A stretch of DNA of 64,000 bases from NCBI GenBank assembly GCA_944376845.1, contig CALWDZ010000004.1, positions 13,630-77,629 on the forward strand. Direction: 5' to 3'. The notes beneath the pieces are model-generated. The model ran no database searches. It was given only the letters and a program-made list of their open reading frames with translations, and had not been told where the DNA came from. A program made the position numbers and the translations under genes. Below are positions 53,663-63,558 of the stretch, one piece after another. Origin of the DNA: an uncultured Clostridia bacterium. Its GTDB lineage: Bacteria > Bacillota > Clostridia > Christensenellales > UBA1242. Each line of letters opens with the position of its first letter. Position 1 is the first letter of the stretch.

Positions 53663-54652
53663 ATGTTTAATATAAGTAACAAATATTTAAAACATTCTGT
53701 TAATGTTTTTTGTGTTTTAGTCGGCACTTTCGTTATGGGTGCTGGCTTTAATATTTTCTATGCTCCAAATAATATACTGCTTGGAGGTTTTGGTGGTCTT
53801 GCCACAATTATTTCATACCTTTTATCTCTTGCTGGGCTTAATATTTCAATGTCAATTATTTATCTTTTATTAAATGTTATATTGTACATTTTTGCAGTAA
53901 AAATATTAGGTAAAACATTTGCAATCTATGCTATTCTTGGCATTGTTTCATATTCATTATTTTTGCAATTTTGCACATTTCCTGCAGTTAGCGATGACCT
54001 TTTGTTATGTAGTATTTACGGTGGTTTTTTAACTGGACTTGGAATTGGTGTAATAATTAGATGTGGTGCAACAACTGGTGGCGGAGATATGCTTGGATGC
54101 ATTATAAACCACAAAAATCCAAAAATCTCTGTTGGTTGGGTCACAATCGCCGTCAATTGCGTTGTTATATGTATATCACTTATTATATATGGACTTAATT
54201 TGTCGCTTTACTCAATAATAGGTATATTTATCGCTGGAAAAACCAGTGACTTAATTATAGAAGGACCTCGCTCAGTCAAAGCATTTTATATCATCTCACC
54301 AAAGTCCGATGAAATATCTAACAAACTTTTAACAGACTTACATCGTGGAGTTACAACACTTGAAGCGAATGGTATGTATAGTCACAAACATATGGAAGTC
54401 ATCCTTTGCCTTGTCAGTCAATTCCAAATTCCTAAACTAAAACAAATAGTTTATGATATAGATCCTTCTGCATTTTTGTTTTCAGTATCTGTTAAAGAAG
54501 CGATGGGAAAAGGTTTCCATAAGTTAGAAAAGCATAAGTCTATTCTTATTCATAAAAAAGAAAAACAAAATCTTGCAGTAAATGTATCAGAGCAAAGTTA
54601 CACCACAGCCCCAACCAGTGAAAAAGATGAAAAAATTGATGGTGAAGAATAA
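53663..54652 (+). CDS. YitT-family membrane protein (C-terminal DUF2179)
   Basis: FNIFYAPNNILLGGFGGLA and the C-terminal HRGVTTLEANGMYS...DPSAFLFSVSVKEAMGKGF. Confidence 0.8.
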   Translation: MFNISNKYLKHSVNVFCVLVGTFVMGAGFNIFYAPNNILLGGFGGLATIISYLLSLAGLNISMSIIYLLLNVILYIFAVKILGKTFAIYAILGIVSYSLFLQFCTFPAVSDDLLLCSIYGGFLTGLGIGVIIRCGATTGGGDMLGCIINHKNPKISVGWVTIAVNCVVICISLIIYGLNLSLYSIIGIFIAGKTSDLIIEGPRSVKAFYIISPKSDEISNKLLTDLHRGVTTLEANGMYSHKHMEVILCLVSQFQIPKLKQIVYDIDPSAFLFSVSVKEAMGKGFHKLEKHKSILIHKKEKQNLAVNVSEQSYTTAPTSEKDEKIDGEE

Positions 54653-54687
54653 AAAAACAAGGCAATTAAAAAAGCCTTGTTTTTTTA
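54652..54687. terminator. Bidirectional terminator
   Basis: ACAAGGC-AATTAAAAAA-GCCTTGT flanked by A7 and T7. Confidence 0.8.
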
Positions 54688-55020
54688 TTACATAACTAAA
54701 TCATTAGATTGCTCATTTAACTTAGAATATAACTGCTCCATTTTTGCAACATCAATACCATGTGAAAGTAGATGATTTTGTATTTTGTTTGCTAATTTTG
54801 GATTTTCATTTTTTAATGGCAAATACCTCTTTATTCCGTAGTTTACGCCATACATCAAATCAGTTTCAGCGGTTTCTTTATTGTTGTTGTAAAAATAATT
54901 GAAACAAAATAAAAATCTATCCAAATGTTCTTTTGTGTTATCTTTTAACAATTCTTGATAACTTTGCCAAGCAGTTTCAGCATAAGATTCAAGTTCTTTG
55001 ACATATTCTCTTTTATTCAT
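54688..55020 (-). CDS. Hypothetical protein
   Basis: ORF of 110 aa, 13 nt downstream of the HicB-like gene. No motif I recognise. Confidence 0.35.
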   Translation of the reverse strand: MNKREYVKELESYAETAWQSYQELLKDNTKEHLDRFLFCFNYFYNNNKETAETDLMYGVNYGIKRYLPLKNENPKLANKIQNHLLSHGIDVAKMEQLYSKLNEQSNDLVM

Positions 55021-55033
55021 ATTACTCTATCCT

Positions 55034-55297
55034 CTATTTTTTTGTTCCTACTACACAATCTACAAGCATAACAACATCTCTTGGGTTGCTTCTAAGTACT
55101 TTTTCAAATGTGCTTGGATAGTCCATTTCTATATCAAACTTTTCTGCATAAGAACAATAAACTTTTAAACTCTCCTTAGCAAACAAATATGCATCCTCAA
55201 TGGTGTCACCATCGATAGTGATGCCAAGGTCTGGAAATAGGGCAATGAATCTATCATCCTCTTTATAAAATACTGCAGGAAATAAGTATTGCTTCAT
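55034..55297 (-). CDS. HicB-like (antitoxin N-terminal fold) protein
   Basis: MKQYLFPAVFYKEDDRFIALFPDLGITIDGDTIEDAYLFAKESL resembles the HicB N-terminal domain. It has no DNA-binding extension. Confidence 0.5.
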   Translation of the reverse strand: MKQYLFPAVFYKEDDRFIALFPDLGITIDGDTIEDAYLFAKESLKVYCSYAEKFDIEMDYPSTFEKVLRSNPRDVVMLVDCVVGTKK

Positions 55298-55392
55298 TAA
55301 ATTCTCCTAGTTTGTATGCTGTAAACTTTGCTTATAGTATATGAACATAATATCATAATTATTGATTTAATCAAAATATTTTACGCCAAAAA

Positions 55393-55424
55393 TAAAAAAA
55401 GTTCAGCATTTATTTTCTGAACCT
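55393..55424 (-). terminator. Rho-independent terminator after the 64-aa ORF
   Basis: The minus strand reads GTTCAG-AAAATAAATG-CTGAAC followed by T7. Confidence 0.7.
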
Positions 55425-55434
55425 TTTAAGAGAT

Positions 55435-55629
55435 TTAAAACTCACATTCCATATCCATACTGTTTTGTTTTACAGAATTAGGATTATAACCAAAAGATTT
55501 TGTTACTTTGTTTTCTTGAGTTTTTTGACCATGCGCATAGAAAATACTATCTATTCCAGCCGCAGGAACTGTAACTTCTCTTTTTAAATTTATTTTTGCA
55601 TCAAATTCTTTTTTTGTGCTAATCTTCAT
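55435..55629 (-). CDS. Small protein of 64 aa; function unknown
   Basis: It has its own GGAGGG SD 4-5 nt upstream, a TGTGATAAT extended -10-like element, and a dedicated terminator. Confidence 0.45.
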   Translation of the reverse strand: MKISTKKEFDAKINLKREVTVPAAGIDSIFYAHGQKTQENKVTKSFGYNPNSVKQNSMDMECEF

Positions 55630-55712
55630 TATTCCCTCCGTGTGGCTTATTTATTTCGATAGTATATTATCACACTTTAAGGGGTTTGTCCATACCTATT
55701 TTTAATTTTTTT

Positions 55713-56519
55713 TTATTTATTTGAAATTTTTTTTGAACTTTTTTTAGTTGTATTTTTTTGCGATATTTTTTTGGATGACTCAACCGATTGTTTTAAAGCA
55801 TCCATCAAGTTTATCACATTGTTCATAGAAGTAACTTTGCTTGGTTTTATTTGCTCACCCTTAATTTTTTTCTGTATAGCGGTAATTACCTTTTGCCTAT
55901 ACTCATCTTTATATTCTTTTGCATCAAAATTTTTAGTCATATTTTCAATAATTTGTTTAGCAAGGTCAACTTCTTGTTTTGTTGCACTTATGTCTTTTAT
56001 TTCTTTTGGCACTGCTTGGACTTCATCATAAAAATGTAAAGTATACAAAAGCAAGTTACCGTTTTGCTCTCTTAATGCAACAAGTTGTTCTTTTGTGCCA
56101 AGTACAGTTTTGGCAATTGCCACTTTGTTCTCTTGTTTCATTGCTCTTTTTAATACCACAAATGCTTTTTCTGCACTGGTTGGTATGACATAATACGACT
56201 TGTCAAAATATATTGGGTCTATTTCATTTAAAAGTACAAACTTTTCAATGGATATGGTTTTTTGTTTTTTTGATTTTATATTTTCAAGTTCTTCTTCTGT
56301 AAGAGTTACATATTTACCCTTTTGATATTCATAACCCTTTACAATATCTTCATTTTTTATATCTTTTGGGCAATCTTCGCATGTCTTTTTATATTTTATA
56401 CGCTGATGATTTTTTTTGTAAATGAGATTAAAACCTATGTCATTAGGTTTTACACAAGCATAAAGTTCTATTGGAATATATACTACGCCAAATTCAACGG
56501 CTGTTTTATAACTTCGCAT
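55713..56519 (-). CDS. ku: Non-homologous end-joining protein Ku
   Basis: MRSYKTAVEFGVVYIPIELY N-terminus (compare MRxxWKGxIxFGLVxIPVxLY), the Ku core, and a Lys-rich C-terminal tail. Confidence 0.85.
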   Translation of the reverse strand: MRSYKTAVEFGVVYIPIELYACVKPNDIGFNLIYKKNHQRIKYKKTCEDCPKDIKNEDIVKGYEYQKGKYVTLTEEELENIKSKKQKTISIEKFVLLNEIDPIYFDKSYYVIPTSAEKAFVVLKRAMKQENKVAIAKTVLGTKEQLVALREQNGNLLLYTLHFYDEVQAVPKEIKDISATKQEVDLAKQIIENMTKNFDAKEYKDEYRQKVITAIQKKIKGEQIKPSKVTSMNNVINLMDALKQSVESSKKISQKNTTKKSSKKISNK

Positions 56520-56524
56520 ATTTT

Positions 56525-56553
56525 TATTATGCTCTTAAACCTTTTCATTATTC
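56525..56553 (-). promoter_or_regulatory. Sigma-G-type forespore promoter immediately upstream of ku
   Basis: The minus strand reads GAATA-N17-CATAATA, an exact match to GHATR-N17/18-CATXHTA. The -10 ends 5 nt before the ku ATG. Confidence 0.5.
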
Positions 56554-58583
56554 TAAGGAGTAACAATCTCCCATTGCGTATTTCTATATACAAGATATTT
56601 TCCATCATATAACTCCTCATATCTTGTAATACCTTCTATTGTTGTAACGAGGGAACTTAATTCATATTGATTTGTTTCTGAATTTAGTTCAAGTACATAT
56701 TTATAGACATGCATTCCGCGGTTTATGTAAACATTTATGTTACCATTGGTCTGATAGTATGCTGTAACATTTTTACCATCTGCTATTTCAACCATATATG
56801 TTGATGTAATGGAAGGGAAAAATACATTCTTTTTTGTATCTTTATTCCACGCTATTATACCTCTAAAATATGATGGTGAACCAATTTTATTGTTAATATC
56901 TCTAACTACTGCACCAATTCTATAACTAGTGTAATACAATTTCTCGCCATTATATGAAATTGCGTCATTAAGTCCGCTACCTGTCCCAACAAGGAATACA
57001 TTACCATCATCGTTTATCAAAAATATTGTATCGGGAGAATCTGATGCAGATGTTGCTGTTACACCAATTCCTCCATAGATAGGTTCAAAATATAACGGAT
57101 CAACATCATAAGTTACTTCTTTCACAATAGAAGAACTTTCAAGCGTATAGCTACACATTAGTCCATTTTTATCCAAAGTTCCAAAAAATTTATAAGGTTC
57201 CGAATACTGTGTGTCAAAAGCAACTACTCCATTTTCAATTTTTGTAGTTGGCATTAAATATAAGTAACTTACACCTTCTGTTGGAGTATTTGTCCCCTCA
57301 ATGTAAGAAAGATATGAAGTTGAAACATTTAATTCGTCTTTTGGTTGAACTCCATAATAAATCCTTCGCCTATAATCATCCAGCCTTATGATATAATAAC
57401 TATTATTAAAGCAATTTATTTTTAAAGGTAAGTCTTGTTGCAAAAATTCCACACTATTGCCTTCAATGGTTACGGAATATTCTCTTATAGAAACATCACC
57501 CATATTAAATTGAACATAGAAAAAGTTGTAATCTTCTTGAGGTAAAAACGTACATGAATCAGAAAGAATAAATCCTCCAGCATTGCCATCAATGTCCCGC
57601 TCTTTTATAACTTCATCATTTAAATAAATACGCATACGATACCAAGTTGCGTCTGTATCTAAAAGTTTCCCTACAATTTGATAACTTATAGTGACTTTAC
57701 CCGACGTATCACATATAAACTGACATCTCGGTGTTTTATACGTCGTTGTATCACCTTGATAAACTCTTGCACCGATTTGATCTTTGGTGAACCTAATTGT
57801 ATCAGTGGTTGTAGCCCCCGAACCCGTGCTGCTCGAAGCATTTTCAAGCGTAGTAACACGTGCACTAAGTGCAATATCAGCATCTTCAAGATCATCGATA
57901 GAAGAAGAAAGTGTTGAGATTGATGAATTTATAGTGCTAACATCTTCTTCAAGTTCCGACACATCTTGTGGCAAGTCCGTAAGTGAGGTTAGTGTTGAAT
58001 TTATTGTAGAAATTTCACTTTCAATCTCTGATATATCTTGTGATGTGTTTGCCAAACTTGATAAAGTCGAGTTTATTGTGGTGATATCACTTTCAATGTC
58101 GGATATGTCCTGTGTCGCTCCTGACAATGTAGAATTGATTGTAGATATATCGCTAGTCAAATCAGAAATATCTTGCGAAGCAGTTTGTGAAGCATTTGAA
58201 AGTGACGTTAATGTAGAATTTATTGTGGTTATATCATTTTGTATTTGCGCTATTTCCTGTGAATAGTCAACATCACTTCCACCACCAGAAAGCGATGCCA
58301 AAGTTTCATTTATTGTTTCTATATCATCTTCTAAGTCTTCAACCGCCTGACTCAATGCTGTGTAATCACTTAGATGCGAATTAAAAGCATCTGTATGTGT
58401 TTGATATGCCGTAAGATGTTCATTTAATTGTGTTTGATATGTAGAAAAAAGTGTCTTGATTTCTTCAAGACACGTTTTTAGTCCCGTCATATATCCTTGT
58501 GTGGTAACTTGATTGGAAAGTGACTTAATTCTCTTTTCAAGTTCTTCAATTTGCGTTTTAAGTTGTGCAAGTGTTGTGTCCAT
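56553..58583 (-). CDS. Coiled-coil repeat protein with a large beta-rich C-terminal domain (tail-fibre-like architecture); function unknown
   Basis: 676 aa with no signal peptide. The N-terminal ~250 aa are a heptad-like coiled coil with about seven 21-28 aa repeats (QDISDIESDITTINSTLSSL..). The C-terminus is rich in Y/G/T/N beta segments. Confidence 0.45.
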   Translation of the reverse strand: MDTTLAQLKTQIEELEKRIKSLSNQVTTQGYMTGLKTCLEEIKTLFSTYQTQLNEHLTAYQTHTDAFNSHLSDYTALSQAVEDLEDDIETINETLASLSGGGSDVDYSQEIAQIQNDITTINSTLTSLSNASQTASQDISDLTSDISTINSTLSGATQDISDIESDITTINSTLSSLANTSQDISEIESEISTINSTLTSLTDLPQDVSELEEDVSTINSSISTLSSSIDDLEDADIALSARVTTLENASSSTGSGATTTDTIRFTKDQIGARVYQGDTTTYKTPRCQFICDTSGKVTISYQIVGKLLDTDATWYRMRIYLNDEVIKERDIDGNAGGFILSDSCTFLPQEDYNFFYVQFNMGDVSIREYSVTIEGNSVEFLQQDLPLKINCFNNSYYIIRLDDYRRRIYYGVQPKDELNVSTSYLSYIEGTNTPTEGVSYLYLMPTTKIENGVVAFDTQYSEPYKFFGTLDKNGLMCSYTLESSSIVKEVTYDVDPLYFEPIYGGIGVTATSASDSPDTIFLINDDGNVFLVGTGSGLNDAISYNGEKLYYTSYRIGAVVRDINNKIGSPSYFRGIIAWNKDTKKNVFFPSITSTYMVEIADGKNVTAYYQTNGNINVYINRGMHVYKYVLELNSETNQYELSSLVTTIEGITRYEELYDGKYLVYRNTQWEIVTP
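57840..58343 (-). repeat. In-frame tandem repeats (about seven units of 63-84 nt) encoding the D-I-S-x-I-E-S-D-I-T-T-I-N-S-T-L motif
   Basis: The repeats are seen in the translation of residues ~81-248. The antisense ORF at 57784-58266 is a by-product of the repeat. Confidence 0.8.
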
Positions 58584-58648
58584 AATAACTCCTTTTCACC
58601 CAATTTTAAATGGATAAAAACAAGTTTTCAAACATCTATGACAAAAAA

Positions 58649-59725
58649 CTAATAAATAACCTTTTCTATTTCTCCCCCGCCTAAGCATACTTCGCCGTCA
58701 TACAAAACAACATATTGTCCAGGCGTAACCGCACGCTGTGGCTGATTAAAAGTAACTTCTATATGGTCATCTAGAATTTTTACATGCACTTTTTGGTCAG
58801 GCTGGCGATATCTGAATTTTGCAAAGCAATCAAATTCATCATCTTTTGGTCTTTGTGGTATAAAATTAAATTTACCGCTTACAAGCCCTTTTGAGAAAAG
58901 TTCTTTGCCTTCACCTTGAGAAACATACAAGATATTATTTTGTACATCTTTTTTCACTACGAACCATCTTGCACCATTCCCGTCACTCTTTCCGCCAATT
59001 CCAAGTCCACGCCTTTGCCCTAGAGTGTAATACATAACTCCTTCATGCTTTCCAACAGTTTTTCCGTCAAGTGTTTTAATTTCGCCCGGTTTTGCAGGAA
59101 TAAAGTTTTTCAAAAATTTTCTAAAATTGCGTTCACCTATAAAGCAAATGCCAGTGCTATCTTTTTTGTGTGCGTTGCTAAGGTCAAGTTCCTCCGCAAT
59201 TTTTCTTACTGTTGGTTTATCTATATCTGCCAATGGGAAAAGCACACTTTTTAACTGCTCTTGGCTAAGTTGATTTAAAAAATACGATTGGTCTTTATTT
59301 TTATCAAATGCTTTTAATAGATAATAGTTTCCGTCTTTTTCTTGTTTTTTTGCATAGTGCCCAGTGGCAATATAGTCTGCTCCTATTTTTTTTGCAAAGT
59401 CAAGAAAAGGTCCAAACTTTACTTCACGATTACAAAGTACATCGGGGTTTGGAGTGTTTCCTTTTTTGTATTGCTCCAAAAAATATGCAAAAACTTTGTC
59501 ATAATACTCTTTTGAGTAGTTGACGGTATAATATGGTATGCCAATTTTATTGCACACTCTTTTCACATCTTCATAATCAAGTTTGGAAGTGCAAACTCCG
59601 TCTTCATCATCTTCTTCCCAATTGACCATAAAAAGACCAATGACATTATACCCTTGCTTTTTTAAAAGATAGGCACTTACAGCCGAGTCAACTCCTCCGC
59701 TAATTCCAACTACAACTGTACTCAT
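58649..59725 (-). CDS. mnmA: tRNA 2-thiouridine(34) synthase MnmA
   Basis: [32 protein letters not shown]-loop, and full-length similarity. Confidence 0.95.
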   Translation of the reverse strand: MSTVVVGISGGVDSAVSAYLLKKQGYNVIGLFMVNWEEDDEDGVCTSKLDYEDVKRVCNKIGIPYYTVNYSKEYYDKVFAYFLEQYKKGNTPNPDVLCNREVKFGPFLDFAKKIGADYIATGHYAKKQEKDGNYYLLKAFDKNKDQSYFLNQLSQEQLKSVLFPLADIDKPTVRKIAEELDLSNAHKKDSTGICFIGERNFRKFLKNFIPAKPGEIKTLDGKTVGKHEGVMYYTLGQRRGLGIGGKSDGNGARWFVVKKDVQNNILYVSQGEGKELFSKGLVSGKFNFIPQRPKDDEFDCFAKFRYRQPDQKVHVKILDDHIEVTFNQPQRAVTPGQYVVLYDGEVCLGGGEIEKVIY

Positions 59726-60186
59726 TTCCCCTCCACAAGTTCAATGGAAACTGGAACTTTGAATTTGTTTATACAAATGTTAACTATATCAAAAATCCAC
59801 ATAATACCTAATACTCCCACAATCAAATAAATAAAAGTACCTATGCTAGCAGGTATTAGTCTATTTACACTTAAAATAGCGGAAACAATAAATACAACTC
59901 CAAAGCATAACATTGTTATTGCTTTTTTTAATCTTCCTACATAAAACAAATGTCCGCCCCAAAGCCCAAGAAAAATGCACATAAGCAAAACTTTATATCT
60001 TTTTAAATCGCTTGGCATAGTGGTTGTATAAACCACACTGCTTTTCTTGCCTTCGCGAAGCATTTTTTTTCCTGCACTATTGGTGGCCCATTTGAGCCGT
60101 TCAAAAATAAGCCCACAATATGAGCATTTAACCGCATTTTTAAGGCTTTTTTCGCCACATCGTGGACATTTTTTATAATTGAACAT
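59722..60186 (-). CDS. Zinc-ribbon plus TM2 domain membrane protein
   Basis: CPRCG..CSYCG ribbon. TM2-like [21 protein letters not shown] overlap with mnmA. Confidence 0.65.
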   Translation of the reverse strand: MFNYKKCPRCGEKSLKNAVKCSYCGLIFERLKWATNSAGKKMLREGKKSSVVYTTTMPSDLKRYKVLLMCIFLGLWGGHLFYVGRLKKAITMLCFGVVFIVSAILSVNRLIPASIGTFIYLIVGVLGIMWIFDIVNICINKFKVPVSIELVEGK

Positions 60187-60192
60187 TAACTT

Positions 60193-61524
60193 TTACTCTC
60201 TTTCTTCTGTTAAACAATATATTCTTTTTGTGTTATTATCAACTTTAATTTTGTCAGAAATTTCAACCCCTGCAATTATATACACTTCATTACCCACGCA
60301 TAGCACAGGAATGTAATCTCTAAGTCTAGACGGAATTTTTTTGTCTATAAGATAACTTTTTAGTTTTTTAGTGCCACCACCAAACTTTTCAAATATATCT
60401 CCAGCAGTTCTAAAACGCCAAACGGCATCTTTAGGAACTTTGTCGGCATCATAGTATAGTTTATCCGCGTCACCCACACTATTTACTTTTTTAATTGTAA
60501 GTTTTCCATAGTATGGCACAATAAAACTTCCAAGTTTGTGTTTTTCGCTAAACGTAACTTGTTTCTTTTGCTTGTTGGTAAGTGTTACAAAGTCATATTC
60601 TTTGTGTAAACTTACTTTAAGTGGCAAATCTATGCGTTTGCCATTTTCTGCAGAGTTTACAAAACTTATTATCATTTCTATATGTTTGCTTTCAATATCT
60701 TTATTTACTCCAATATACCCAAGCGCACGAATAATCATACGTGAGACTATTGGTGCTGGATACAAAAAGTATGAAAGTGGTATTTTTACTTCTTTTTCAC
60801 TTATTATAAAAGCATCTGTTGGCACTTGTGAGTTTATATATTCATCATCTTTACCTAATAGTTCAGCAACATTAAGTATTGATGCAATAGCATTTGGCCA
60901 ACGCTTAAGTATTAGTGGCATAATTTCATTACGTATGTAATTTCTATTGTATTCATTTTCCTGATTTGTTTCATCTTCACGGTATTCTATATCATTGTCA
61001 AGCACATATTTCCAAATTGACTTTTCATCAGTTTGAAGCATCGGACGAATAAACACGTTGTCACGTACAAGCCCCATACCCGTAAGTCCTCGTATTCCAC
61101 TCCCACGGAACAAATGCATAAGTACAGTTTCCGCTTGGTCACTTTGGTGATGTGCAAGTGCAATTTTATCAACTGTGCCACGACTTATTAGTGAATTAAA
61201 CACACCAAACCTTGCTTCCCTTGCGGCGCTTTCAAGTGAAAGTGACTTTTGCTTTGCAAGTGCCGGAACATCAACTTTAAATTTGTATGCCCTTATTCTA
61301 TTTTGCTTGCAATAGTCCATGACAAACATGCTATCTAGCGCACTATTTTCCCTGATTGAATGGTCAATAGTGATTGCCACAACCTCAAACCCAAGGTCAC
61401 GAGATATTGAGTTTAAGTAGTGCAAAAGTGCCATGCTGTCTTTTCCGCCACTTACACCAACACCGATGACATCGCCTTCGTTTATCAAATGTTTTTCTTC
61501 TATCAATTTTTTTATATTTTCCAT
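60193..61524 (-). CDS. tilS: tRNA(Ile)-lysidine synthetase
   Basis: PP-loop VGVSGGKDSMALLHYL. I chose the ATG at 61524 (MENIKKLIEE). Confidence 0.9.
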   Translation of the reverse strand: MENIKKLIEEKHLINEGDVIGVGVSGGKDSMALLHYLNSISRDLGFEVVAITIDHSIRENSALDSMFVMDYCKQNRIRAYKFKVDVPALAKQKSLSLESAAREARFGVFNSLISRGTVDKIALAHHQSDQAETVLMHLFRGSGIRGLTGMGLVRDNVFIRPMLQTDEKSIWKYVLDNDIEYREDETNQENEYNRNYIRNEIMPLILKRWPNAIASILNVAELLGKDDEYINSQVPTDAFIISEKEVKIPLSYFLYPAPIVSRMIIRALGYIGVNKDIESKHIEMIISFVNSAENGKRIDLPLKVSLHKEYDFVTLTNKQKKQVTFSEKHKLGSFIVPYYGKLTIKKVNSVGDADKLYYDADKVPKDAVWRFRTAGDIFEKFGGGTKKLKSYLIDKKIPSRLRDYIPVLCVGNEVYIIAGVEISDKIKVDNNTKRIYCLTEERE

Positions 61525-61795
61525 GATAATTCCTTTAAAATAAATATACACCACATTATATAAGATTTCAAGGTTAAGTATAAACAATTTAGCGTTTTTT
61601 TAAAAAATGTTTTGCGTTTTTTGTATTTTTTTAATATTTTTTGCAATATTTTAATAATATTTAAAAATTATTGCCATACACATTATCGCCAGGCAAATTA
61701 TAGTTACTACAAATGACCAAATCAATCTTTTCATATTTTTATATTATATTATCTTAATATTAAAGTCAATTTTTTGAAAATAAAATAAATGACTA

Positions 61796-61824
61796 TTGTA
61801 AACTTACGCCTTATGTGTTATACT
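61796..61824 (+). promoter_or_regulatory. Sigma-A-like promoter
   Basis: TTGTAA-N17-TATACT. The track start (GTG at 61815) lies inside the promoter. Confidence 0.5.
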
Positions 61825-61838
61825 TTAATAAAAGTGAG

Positions 61839-62408
61839 ATGGTTATGAACAATAAAGATGTTTTTACATATGAAGAAATTAAGGCATTGAATTTACTCAT
61901 AAATGATTATGAAAAATATATTTCAAAAATTGGCAAAAATGGTGGTTTTGTTGCTAAAAAGAAGATAAACAAAATAACCAAAAAAGCACGACTTATACCT
62001 TTGTATATCTCTGGTGAATTTGCATCACAAATATTAAATAGAAAAAGACTATATGACAATTATGTATTACTTGAAGATTTTGCAATAAGATGCAAAGATC
62101 CATATCAAAAATCATTAGCACAAAGTTATATGAATTTATTTGATAAAGTTCAAAACATATGCAAAAATCTTAAAGATGATAAGCAAGTTTCAGCCTTTAT
62201 AGAATATTTATCCAAAAAATGTGTTAATGATTTTAATCTTGATTTAGATATAACACCCCCTTCATTATTTAGCCTTTTACCAATTTCAACTTCTTTTGTC
62301 ATAACAAAAATTGCGCCTCCTACAGAGAGTGACCTAAATTACATCAAAAGTCAATCCAAACATATAGATGAACTTCTTGCCACACAAGAAGAAGAACAAA
62401 GTTTATAG
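61839..62408 (+). CDS. Hypothetical protein
   Basis: ORF only. I moved the start to the first ATG downstream of the predicted promoter (61839; 61845 is also possible). Confidence 0.4.
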   Translation: MVMNNKDVFTYEEIKALNLLINDYEKYISKIGKNGGFVAKKKINKITKKARLIPLYISGEFASQILNRKRLYDNYVLLEDFAIRCKDPYQKSLAQSYMNLFDKVQNICKNLKDDKQVSAFIEYLSKKCVNDFNLDLDITPPSLFSLLPISTSFVITKIAPPTESDLNYIKSQSKHIDELLATQEEEQSL

Positions 62409-62410
62409 TA

Positions 62411-62444
62411 AAAAAAAATCGTCAACTTCCTTGACGATTTTTTT
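62411..62444. terminator. Bidirectional terminator
   Basis: A8-ATCGTCAA-CTTCC-TTGACGAT-T7. Confidence 0.8.
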
Positions 62445-62448
62445 GTTA

Positions 62449-62489
62449 GTCATCCTGAGCACCGCTCACCTGATGGCTGACGAAGGATC
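62449..62489 (+). repeat. Family-1 hairpin repeat unit
   Basis: GTC-ATCCT-GAG-N21-CGA-AGGAT-C. It abuts the stop codon of the minus-strand lipoprotein gene. Confidence 0.75.
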
Positions 62490-63546
62490 AATTACATAAA
62501 GCAATGTTTATTTCATATAAATTTAAAACACTTTGATTTGTAAACGATAAGATTTTACTTGCATATGCAAATTTTTGTGCGTCGTCTTTTGCGTAAACTT
62601 GTGGGTCGAAATTACTATTTTGGAATTCTCTAAAATTCACATTTTCCAAACTTGTATAAAAACATTCCAAATCATTTTGATAGTATGCATATACTTTTAA
62701 AAACATATCAAGTTCTTCTACTGTTGTTGTTTGTGACTCACTACTGCCCGCAATTTCAATGTCAGCATAACTATTCAACGTAGTGAAAATTTTATCTGTA
62801 TCGTGTTGTGTATAATTTCCGTCAAAAGCATTTAGATATTCAATCGCTGGAGTGATAGTCGCAACAACACTTTTTAAATTTGCTAAATTCTTTTGGTTTC
62901 TTAAAGCAGTTGCATCAAGTTCAAGATAGTTCCCTTCTGCATCTTTGAAAGAATCATAAGTTGGGTAGATATAATTTTCACACAAAGAGATAAACATATT
63001 ATCAAGCCTAACAATCTCTTGACAAAGGTCAATAAGGCTACGCTTATAATCTCTTAAACTTTGCATTGAAATTATACCAAAAGGGTCTGTTGTGACAATT
63101 GTAATGTCGAGTTCGTGAATGTCATTTTCAAACTCATTAAATTGTTCTGTTACAACATCAATTTGATTTTCAAAATCAAGGTAGGCATTTTGAACATCGG
63201 CATTAACCTCGATTGGTGCTACACTTAATGTATTACTAAACGCCTCTAAAAAGTGGAATGATGCAACGAAAATTGAGTCATAAACCGATTTTAATTCAGT
63301 GTACTTTTGCTCGTTTGGGTTATCGGTTTGATTTCCAATTGATTGTAATATTGAATTTACATTTTGCTCATATGTTACACCATTTTCATAGTCAGCATTT
63401 AAACATAAAGATTCAACAAAATCGTTAAATTTTGTGCTGGTGTTTCTATAGAAAGTATCGTCCACTTCATCACCACAACCAACAAATGAAAAACTAACAA
63501 CCAATAATAAAACAAAAACTGTAATAATTTTTTTAAATTTTTGCAT
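62488..63546 (-). CDS. Lipoprotein; function unknown
   Basis: Signal peptide with lipobox SFVGCG. The mature part looks helical. Confidence 0.5.
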   Translation of the reverse strand: MQKFKKIITVFVLLLVVSFSFVGCGDEVDDTFYRNTSTKFNDFVESLCLNADYENGVTYEQNVNSILQSIGNQTDNPNEQKYTELKSVYDSIFVASFHFLEAFSNTLSVAPIEVNADVQNAYLDFENQIDVVTEQFNEFENDIHELDITIVTTDPFGIISMQSLRDYKRSLIDLCQEIVRLDNMFISLCENYIYPTYDSFKDAEGNYLELDATALRNQKNLANLKSVVATITPAIEYLNAFDGNYTQHDTDKIFTTLNSYADIEIAGSSESQTTTVEELDMFLKVYAYYQNDLECFYTSLENVNFREFQNSNFDPQVYAKDDAQKFAYASKILSFTNQSVLNLYEINIALCN

Positions 63547-63558
63547 ATTATTCTCCTT

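Noticed and set aside
54688-55297. HicAB toxin-antitoxin pair.
   Set aside because: The 87-aa protein looks like a HicB N-terminal fold. The adjacent 110-aa ORF has no resemblance to HicA (it is not a small basic dsRBD-like protein), and the gene order is atypical. I cannot support a TA call.
56553-58583. Prophage remnant, inferred from the tail-fibre-like protein.
   Set aside because: No integrase, capsid, terminase, holin or other phage genes lie within the window. The flanking genes are mnmA and ku. I kept only the architectural resemblance as a note.
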